From NCBI GenBank assembly GCA_963746845.1, contig CAVVCZ010000004.1:320001-384000 (forward strand): 64,000 nt of DNA, given 5' to 3'. Shown piece after piece: positions 38,431-45,353 of the stretch; the first letter of the stretch is position 1, and every line of letters starts with the position of its first letter. The position numbers and the translations under genes are program-made. This stretch comes from an uncultured Chloroflexia bacterium (GTDB lineage Bacteria > Chloroflexota > Limnocylindria > Limnocylindrales > CSP1-4). Below the pieces are notes generated by a model, which worked only from the letters and a program-made list of their open reading frames with translations, was not told where the DNA came from and did no database searches.

Positions 38431-38547
38431 ATGCGCTTCATCCTCGCCTGGGTGTATCTGATCTACCTGTTCGCCAGGCAGCACCCGAAGACGTTCCTCG
38501 CGATCTGGGGATCGCTGATCGTGTTGGGCGCGATCACGAAACGCTGA
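38431..38547 (+). CDS. 38-aa hydrophobic micropeptide (array gene 6)
   Basis: MRFILAWVYLIYLFARQHPKTFLAIWGSLIVLGAITKR*; its stop is the TGA of repeat 6; below the ORF-track cutoff. Confidence 0.55.
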   Translation: MRFILAWVYLIYLFARQHPKTFLAIWGSLIVLGAITKR

Positions 38548-38564
38548 ACCCTTCCCTTGCACTG
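38545..38564 (+). repeat. Array repeat copy 6
   Basis: TGA-ACCCTTCCCTTGCACTG. Confidence 0.85.
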
Positions 38565-38697
38565 GTCGCAACCCGGTCCTGACGACATCGTCTGCTGATC
38601 ACGGAGCCGGCCCGCCCCACGACGCCGGGTAGACTGGTTGCATGCTCAACGAGTCACTTCGCGTCGACGACATCTGCGCTCCGACGCAGCCGGACCG

Positions 38698-39350
38698 ATG
38701 AAGGTCGAGATCTGGTCGGACGTCGTCTGCCCGTGGTGCTACATCGGCAAGCGCCGGTTCGAGCGGGCCCTCGCGGACTTCGACGGGGCCGCCGACATCG
38801 AGGTCCAGTGGCGGAGCTTCCAGCTCAATCCGGATCAGCCGCGCGGCGTCCGCGCCACCCACGATGAGTACCTCGCCGCGAAGATGGGGGCGAGCATCGA
38901 CCAGGTCCACCAGCTCAACGCCCGCGTCGTCGCGCTCGCCGCGGAGGAGGGCCTCGAGTACCACTTCGAGACCTACCAGGTGATCAACACCTTCGATGCG
39001 CACCGCGTGGCGCACCTGGCCCGGGCGAACGGTTTCGACGATCCGGCGCAGGAGCGGCTGCTGCGGGCCCAGCTCGTCGAGGGCGAGGTGCTCGACGACG
39101 CGGACACCCTCGCCCGACTCGGCGGCGAGATCGGCCTCGATCCGGCCGACGTCCGGCGGTCCTCGCGACGGATGAATTCGCCTCGGACGTGCGTCACGAT
39201 CTCGCAGAAGCGCGGGCGCTGGGCATCAACGGCGTGCCGTTCTTCGCCTTCGACCGGCGGTTCGGGGTGTCCGGCGCGCAGCCCGCCGAGATCTTCCTCG
39301 ACGCGTTGCGCATGGCCCGGGCCGAGGCCGGCGGCGCGACGCCGGTCTAA
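38698..39350 (+). CDS. DsbA/FrnE-family oxidoreductase with a frameshift near 39158
   Basis: MKVEIWSDVVCPWCYIG; the conserved C-terminus (LGINGVPFF...VSGAQP) lies in another frame ending at TAA 39350. Confidence 0.85.
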
Positions 39351-39440
39351 GGGTCCGATGCGTCCGCTTCGGCGACGAGCGATGAGTCCTGCGGCCTCCA
39401 GCGGTCGTATCGTCGAACCCATGACCGAGGAGGACGTCCG

Positions 39441-40004
39441 ATGCGCAGCGTGACCTATTCGATGGGCGTCTCGCTGGACGGCTACATCGTGGGGCCGGAC
39501 GGCAACATCACCTCGTGGGCGCCTGACGAGGAAGTCTGGCAATTCGTGCTGGACGAGATCCGCGGGGTCGACGTCCACCTGATGGGCCGCCGCCTGTACG
39601 AGACGATGCTGTACTGGGAGGACCCGGACCAGGAGTCCTCGTTCGACGCCTCGGAGCTCGCGTGGGTCGCGCTCTGGAGGCCGCTCCCGAAGGTGGTGTT
39701 CTCGACCACGCTGTCGGCGGTGGAGGGCACCGCCCGCCTGGCGTCCGGCGGCCTCGTTGAAGAGATCGAGCGGTTGCGGGCCGAGCCGGGCGAGGGCGAC
39801 ATCGCGATCGGCGGCGCGACGCTCGCCGCCGAGGCGGCGGCGCTGGACCTGATCGACGAGTTCCGGATCCGTGTCTACCCGGTGCTGGTCGGCGGCGGCA
39901 TCCCGTACTTCCCGCGGGCCGAGCGCCGGGTGGATCTCGAGCTCGTCGAGACCCGGACCTTCAGCTCGAAGGTCGTCTACCTCCGCTACCGCGTGCCGCG
40001 CTAG
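39441..40004 (+). CDS. Dihydrofolate reductase/RibD C-terminal family protein
   Basis: VSLDGYI, LMGRRLYE, IGGATLA, PVLVGGG. Confidence 0.9.
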   Translation: MRSVTYSMGVSLDGYIVGPDGNITSWAPDEEVWQFVLDEIRGVDVHLMGRRLYETMLYWEDPDQESSFDASELAWVALWRPLPKVVFSTTLSAVEGTARLASGGLVEEIERLRAEPGEGDIAIGGATLAAEAAALDLIDEFRIRVYPVLVGGGIPYFPRAERRVDLELVETRTFSSKVVYLRYRVPR

Positions 40005-41506
40005 CCGCGTTCCGAGGCAGTCGGCGGTCCGAACCAGGTGGTCAGCGCCTCGGCGAGCCCCAGCTGCGTCCCGTCTCCCACCCACGCCACGTATCCGTCT
40101 GGCCGGATCAGCACGGCGGAGGGGGCGGCGACCGCCCCGAGGGCCGGAAGCTCCCACGGACCGTCGGACCTGGCCTCGACCAGCCGAACCCGATCGGCCC
40201 ACGGCGTGATGTCGAAGCCGCCGGGCGTTCCAAGATCGATCAGCACCGGCCGGGCATCGTGCAACAGGCTGAAGACCCGCAGCGGGCCGTCGGCGGTGAC
40301 CAGGTCGAGATCGGGCATGCGGCGTCCGAGCAGCGCGTGGCCCACGCCGAGGTCGTAGTGAATGTCCAGGCCGGACATCATCGCGGCGAACCGTCGACGC
40401 GGCTCGTCCATGCTCAGGAGCTCGGACACGCTGTCGCGCAAGGCCTCGGTGCGCTCGTCGGCGCGCGTGAGCGCGACCTGCGCCATCGTGGTGCGGAGCA
40501 CGCGGGCACCGACGGGGTGCCGCTCGTCGTGGTACGTATCGAGCAGACGCTCCGGCGAGATCCCCTTGACCACCTGCGCCAGCTTCCATCCCAGGTTCAC
40601 CGCGTCCTGCACACCGGTATTGAGGCCCTGCCCACCCACCGGGGAGTGCACGTGGGCAGCGTCGCCGGCCAAGAGGACGCGTCCCTTGCGGTAGGCCGCG
40701 GCCTGGCGAGTCACGTCGGTGAACCGGGTGATCCAGGTGAGATCGTGGATCCCGTAATCGGTCCCGTACACGGCGATGAGGCCCTCGCGAAGGTCGCGCA
40801 GGGTGGGCTCGGCGGTGCCGACCTCCGGCTCGGTCAACATCACCCCGACCGTCCCGCCCGGCTTGTAGACCACCGCGCCGTCCTGGATCTCGTACTCGAC
40901 CTTGCCCAGGGCATGCGTGCCCGACGGCGTCCGGCGAATGCCCAGCTCGGGCTCCTCGGTCATCTCGACCTCGGCGAGCAGGGCGCTCGTCGTCGCATCC
41001 CAGCCGCGGAACTCGATGCCGGCTTCCTTGCGGACCAGGCTGCGTCCTCCGTCGCACCCGACGAGATACGGCGCCCAGAGGCGTCGACCGTCGGACAGCA
41101 CGACGTCCACGCCATCGTCGTCCTGCGCGAACCCGGTCACCTCGGTGCCGTAGTGGATCGGGACCTTCAGCTCGGCGACCCAGCCCGCGAGGATGCGCTC
41201 GATATGTCGCTGCCACAGACCCAGCCCGTAGGGATGCCGGGTGGGAAAGTCGCTGATGTCCAGCCGGATCATTGCGAACCCGGCGACCTGGGCCACCTGC
41301 CCCTCGGCAAGGAATCGATCGGCGAAACCGCGCTGATCGAGGACCTCGATCGTGCGTGACTGCAGGCCGCCGGCGCGCGAGCCCGGGAGGTCCTGGTCCG
41401 GGCGCCGCTCGACGATGACGGAGTCGACGCCGGCGAGGGCCAGCTCGCCCGCCAGCATCAGCCCCGTCGGACCAGCTCCGGTGATCACCACCGCATGCCC
41501 GGTCAT
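40001..41506 (-). CDS. FAD-dependent aromatic monooxygenase (rifamycin monooxygenase Rox-like family)
   Basis: GAGPTGLMLA, LVGCDGGRS, LAGDAAHVHSPVGGQGLN, LIRPDGYVAW. Confidence 0.88.
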   Translation of the reverse strand: MTGHAVVITGAGPTGLMLAGELALAGVDSVIVERRPDQDLPGSRAGGLQSRTIEVLDQRGFADRFLAEGQVAQVAGFAMIRLDISDFPTRHPYGLGLWQRHIERILAGWVAELKVPIHYGTEVTGFAQDDDGVDVVLSDGRRLWAPYLVGCDGGRSLVRKEAGIEFRGWDATTSALLAEVEMTEEPELGIRRTPSGTHALGKVEYEIQDGAVVYKPGGTVGVMLTEPEVGTAEPTLRDLREGLIAVYGTDYGIHDLTWITRFTDVTRQAAAYRKGRVLLAGDAAHVHSPVGGQGLNTGVQDAVNLGWKLAQVVKGISPERLLDTYHDERHPVGARVLRTTMAQVALTRADERTEALRDSVSELLSMDEPRRRFAAMMSGLDIHYDLGVGHALLGRRMPDLDLVTADGPLRVFSLLHDARPVLIDLGTPGGFDITPWADRVRLVEARSDGPWELPALGAVAAPSAVLIRPDGYVAWVGDGTQLGLAEALTTWFGPPTASERG

Positions 41507-41644
41507 CGCCGCGAACCCATGGGCTGATCGTGGTCCATGGCCGCGCGGTGGTCAACGGATGACACCTCGGGCGTTGCAACTGCGCCACCGAGTGTGGGAA
41601 ACCTCGCGTCCGCCCGACCCCAATGCCAAACTCCGGAGACCCGA

Positions 41645-42013
41645 TCAAGAAGTCTGCGTGGCTCCCGCGGTGCTGATCTCCCACTGACTGCCTTCACACG
41701 GCTTCGCAATCGTCGCGATGGTGCGCCCATCCTGGATCACGACGAATGTCCCTGTCATGCACGAGTGGAGCAGCGGACCGTTGAAACCCCGGGTAGCGCC
41801 GGGCGCGATCGTCTCAACGGCTTCTGGGTGGTCCAGACCGTCGCCCGACGTCTCATGGACAGTGACCTGCACAGTGCCACTGGTCAGGTTGGCGATCGTC
41901 ACGGGCCTCGCCGCTCCCATGTCGGAACAGCCCGCGACCAGCAGTGCGACGAGCGCGACGCCCACCCCGATCACGCTTGCCCGACGTTGAACATTGAGAC
42001 GAGCGCGTGTCAT
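41645..42013 (-). CDS. Small hypothetical lipoprotein
   Basis: Hydrophobic stretch ending in a VAGC lipobox. Confidence 0.55.
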   Translation of the reverse strand: MTRARLNVQRRASVIGVGVALVALLVAGCSDMGAARPVTIANLTSGTVQVTVHETSGDGLDHPEAVETIAPGATRGFNGPLLHSCMTGTFVVIQDGRTIATIAKPCEGSQWEISTAGATQTS

Positions 42014-42097
42014 GTGGCCATCGTCATCGACGACCGGGACTGACGCAAGAGATCGGCGGTTCCCACACCTTGTGGCGCTGCGGGCTCTTCCCTGCTC

Positions 42098-42127
42098 TTG
42101 ACATGTGACAAGCGAGTCACATATATT
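42098..42127 (+). promoter_or_regulatory. Promoter with ATGTGAC-N6-GTCACAT operator, probably ArsR autoregulation and a leaderless transcript
   Basis: TTGACA (42098)-N18-TATATT (42122); palindrome at 42103-42122; in-frame GTG at 42135. Confidence 0.7.
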
Positions 42128-42134
42128 CGCGGCT

Positions 42135-42920
42135 GTGGACGAGATGGCGGCGATCTTCCGAGCGCTGGGCGATCCCAGCCGGCGCCTGCTCCTCGATCGG
42201 CTGTTCGATCGCGACGGACAGACCCTCGGCGAGCTGTGCACCTGGCTGCCGGAGATGACCCGGTTCGGCGTGATGCGCCACCTCGACGTTCTCGAGGAGG
42301 CCGGCCTGATCGAGACGCGGAAGGTCGGCCGCGAGAAGCACCACTACCTGAACCCCGTCCCGATCCGGCTCGTCGCCGATCGCTGGATCGGCAAGTTCGC
42401 CGAGCCGGTCGTCGGGCGGATGACCGCGATCAAGCACGACCTGGAGGCACCCGCGATGCTCGCACCCGATCACGTCTACTCGGTCTACATCCGGGCCACG
42501 CCGGACCGCGTCTGGCGAGCGATCACCGACGGCGTCGAGACCGAGCGCTACTACTACGGTACCCACGTCGATTCCGACTGGTCGAAGGGCGGCCGGGTCG
42601 CCTACTCCTATCCGGACGGCTCCGTGGCCGCCGACGGGGAGGTGATCGACATCGACCCGGGGCGGTTCGTCACGATGACGTTCCATCCGCGCTGGAGCCC
42701 GGAGGTCGACGCCGAGGGCCCGGTCCGGATGACATGGGCGATCGAGCCGGCCGGACCGGAGACGTCGAAGCTGACCGTCACGACGGCCGGGATCCAGGAG
42801 GGCGGCGCGATCGCGCGCGAATTCGCCGGCGGCACGGTGTTCATCGTGTCGGGGCTGAAGACGTACCTGGAGACGGGCGAGTCGATCGCGTCCGCGCCGG
42901 AGCCCGCGACGGCGGGCTGA
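42135..42920 (+). CDS. ArsR-family HTH fused to an SRPBCC/AHSA1 domain
   Basis: FRALGDPSRR...MTRFGVMRHL...HYLNPVPI; YIRATPDRVWRAITD...SGLKTYLETG. Confidence 0.9.
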   Translation: MDEMAAIFRALGDPSRRLLLDRLFDRDGQTLGELCTWLPEMTRFGVMRHLDVLEEAGLIETRKVGREKHHYLNPVPIRLVADRWIGKFAEPVVGRMTAIKHDLEAPAMLAPDHVYSVYIRATPDRVWRAITDGVETERYYYGTHVDSDWSKGGRVAYSYPDGSVAADGEVIDIDPGRFVTMTFHPRWSPEVDAEGPVRMTWAIEPAGPETSKLTVTTAGIQEGGAIAREFAGGTVFIVSGLKTYLETGESIASAPEPATAG

Positions 42921-42927
42921 CGGGGCA

Positions 42928-43093
42928 CCGCCCGCGATGCGCCGAGTGCGTCAAACGACGCCCGGCGCCCGCCCCACCGGACGATAGACGCGCCTGCCGC
43001 GCCAAACGTCGGCTGAACGGCCCGGATCGGCCGGGATCGGGCCCGCGCGGCACGTCCAGCGGTCGTTTGACGCAGCGGCTGCATCGCGGGCGG
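42928..43093. repeat. About 166-bp element with 32-bp imperfect terminal inverted repeats (MITE/REP-doublet-like)
   Basis: CCGCCCGCGATGC-N6-TGCGTCAAACGAC ... GTCGTTTGACGCA-N6-GCATCGCGGGCGG. Confidence 0.7.
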
Positions 43094-43111
43094 GGCTCAC
43101 CCACGCAGCAC

Positions 43112-43143
43112 GAGGCCCGACCCCTCCGAAGGGGTCGGGCCTC
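43112..43143. terminator. Perfect 14-bp GC hairpin between convergent genes
   Basis: GAGGCCCGACCCCT-ccga-AGGGGTCGGGCCTC. Confidence 0.7.
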
Positions 43144-43164
43144 ATGACCTTGCGACGAACGGGA

Positions 43165-43503
43165 CTACATGATCCCGACGACGTGACCCTCCGGATCGGC
43201 GAAGAGCGCGATCGTCGTCTCGGGCGCTACCTCGGTCAGGGGCATGAGCACCCGCCCACCCTTGGCCGCCACCTTGTCGAGGACGCCCTGCGCGTTCTCG
43301 GTGTGGACGTAGAACGTGACGTGGCCGATCGTCCCGTCCTGCGACGCGCCGATCCCGCCGCTGACGCCGCTGTCCTGACGGACCATCCCGTACCCGCCGG
43401 GATTGTTCTTGTCGAGGTCCCAGCCGAAGATGTCCTCATAGAAGGACTGGAGTGCGGCTCCGTCCTTGCCACGGACCTCGACGTGCACGATCTGGGCTCC
43501 CAT
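43165..43503 (-). CDS. VOC/glyoxalase-family protein
   Basis: GGAGG RBS; IVHVEV...FYEDIFGW...FADPEGHVVG. Confidence 0.9.
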   Translation of the reverse strand: MGAQIVHVEVRGKDGAALQSFYEDIFGWDLDKNNPGGYGMVRQDSGVSGGIGASQDGTIGHVTFYVHTENAQGVLDKVAAKGGRVLMPLTEVAPETTIALFADPEGHVVGIM

Positions 43504-43849
43504 GGCACAACCTCCTCGATTCGTTGTTCGGCGGCCCGTCGGGTCCGCCCCTTCATCTGCACGACGAACGGCCACGGACGGAATCGACAGGCGGATCGCC
43601 CTGGGAACCGATCCGCGTTCGCCGACGAAATCCGGAGTGGCGAGGCATTCCACCGCAACCTGATCACCCCATCAGTGTTCAACGGCGTTACACTTCGAGC
43701 AGCGGACCACGGACGGATCGCGCGCACCTACGGACGCCGCAAGCGAGCCCATCCGCCGGCCCGATCGTCGACATCTGGCAGCTCGTCGCGAGGGGAGCGG
43801 GACGGGCCAGTGAACGCCCCCATCGTGGGGTGGAGGAGGACGGTCGCGC

Positions 43850-44722
43850 ATGATCCCGGCACCCTTCGATTACGCTCGTCCGCCGGATCTGGACGGCGCC
43901 CTCAAGCTCCTTGCCGATCACGAGGGTGAGGCCAAGATCCTGTCGGGCGGCTACAGCCTCCTGCCCCTGCTGAAGCTGCGCCTCGCGCAGCCCGGCCTCC
44001 TCGTCGACATCCAGGACGTCACCGGGCTCGACGGGATCGTCGAGACGGACGACGAGCTCCGGATCGGCGCGCGGGCCACCCATCGCCAGATCCACGAGAG
44101 CGCGATCATCGGACGCTATCCGCTGCTCCACGACGTGTCGGGCGGGATCGGCGATCCGCAGGTCCGCAACTGGGGCACGATCGGCGGCTCCGTCGCGCAC
44201 GCCGACCCGGCCTCCGATTGGCCGGCCGCGCTCCTCGCCGTCAACGCGCGGGTCGTCTGCCGCGGGCGCAACGGCGAGCGCCAGATCGCGGCCCGCGACT
44301 TCTTCCTCGACACGTTCACGACGGCCATCGAGCCGACCGAGGTCCTGACCGAGATCCGCTTCGGCCGCCGGCCACGCGGCCAGGGTGGCGCCTACACGAA
44401 GCTCGAGCGACGGGTCGGCGACTTCGCGACCGCCGGCGTCGCGGCGGTTGTCCGGGTGGGCGACGGCGGATCGATCGGGTTCGCCGGGATCGGCGTGACC
44501 GGCGTCTCCGGCTCACCATTCGCCGCGACGGACGCCGAGGCCGCCCTGACCGGCAAGGTGGCCTCCGACGACGTGTTCCGGGCGGCTGGATCGGCGGCCG
44601 CCGCGATGAGCGAGCCCGCGGCGGACCTCCGCGGTCCCGTCGACTACAAGCGGGCGATGGTCGCCGAGCTCACCGTTCGATCGCTCCGCAAGGCGGTCGA
44701 GCGCGCGCTGGCGTACGCGTGA
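43850..44722 (+). CDS. coxM: Aerobic CO dehydrogenase medium (FAD) subunit
   Basis: MIPAPFDY, ILSGGYSL, VRNWGTIGG; M-S-L order. Confidence 0.92.
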   Translation: MIPAPFDYARPPDLDGALKLLADHEGEAKILSGGYSLLPLLKLRLAQPGLLVDIQDVTGLDGIVETDDELRIGARATHRQIHESAIIGRYPLLHDVSGGIGDPQVRNWGTIGGSVAHADPASDWPAALLAVNARVVCRGRNGERQIAARDFFLDTFTTAIEPTEVLTEIRFGRRPRGQGGAYTKLERRVGDFATAGVAAVVRVGDGGSIGFAGIGVTGVSGSPFAATDAEAALTGKVASDDVFRAAGSAAAAMSEPAADLRGPVDYKRAMVAELTVRSLRKAVERALAYA

Positions 44723-44815
44723 GGGAGCGACGATGACCAATCCTCGGGCCAATGGCCTCGCGGAGCTCGGCCTTGGACCTCGGAGAGCCCCGTCCTGTTC
44801 CACGGAGACACGACC

Positions 44816-45352
44816 GTGACGAATCAGCACATCAGGGTTACCGTCAACGGCGAGGCCCGCGAGGCCGACGTCGAGCCGCGGCTCCTCCTTGTCCACCTGC
44901 TCCGCGACGTCTTCGGGCTGACCGGGACGCACATCGGCTGCGACACGAGCAACTGCGGCGCGTGCACGGTCCACGTCAACGGCCGGAGTGCGAAGTCGTG
45001 CACGATGCTCGCGGTCCAGGCCGACGGCGCCGAGATCAAGACGATCGAGGGGATGGTCGACGGGGCCACCCTCCATCCGCTCCAGCAGGCGTTCTGGGAC
45101 CAGCACGGTCTCCAGTGCGGGTTCTGCACCCCCGGGATGATCATGCAGGCCGCCTGGCTGCTCGACGAGAACCCGAGCCCATCCGAGGCAGAGATCCGCG
45201 AGGGGATCAGCGGCAACCTCTGTCGCTGCACCGGCTACGTGAACATCGTGAAGGCGATCCAGCAGGCGGCGGGCGAGCTCAGCACGAGCGAGTCGGCGCC
45301 CGTCGTGGCCGCCGCGACCACCGACGGCCAGGCCGTCGCGGCGGAGGCATGA
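44816..45352 (+). CDS. coxS: Aerobic CO dehydrogenase small (2Fe-2S) subunit
   Basis: [24 protein letters not shown]. Confidence 0.93.
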   Translation: MTNQHIRVTVNGEAREADVEPRLLLVHLLRDVFGLTGTHIGCDTSNCGACTVHVNGRSAKSCTMLAVQADGAEIKTIEGMVDGATLHPLQQAFWDQHGLQCGFCTPGMIMQAAWLLDENPSPSEAEIREGISGNLCRCTGYVNIVKAIQQAAGELSTSESAPVVAAATTDGQAVAAEA

Positions 45353-45353
45353 G

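Noticed and set aside
34155-38564. CRISPR array interpretation of the 17-bp repeat
   Set aside because: Intervals are 0.3-1.1 kb and contain whole genes, the repeat is too short, and there are no cas genes.
34155-38564. Canonical integron attC sites
   Set aside because: AAC...GTT occurs in only two copies and about 15 nt apart. There is no long R/L-box palindrome and no intI in the window.
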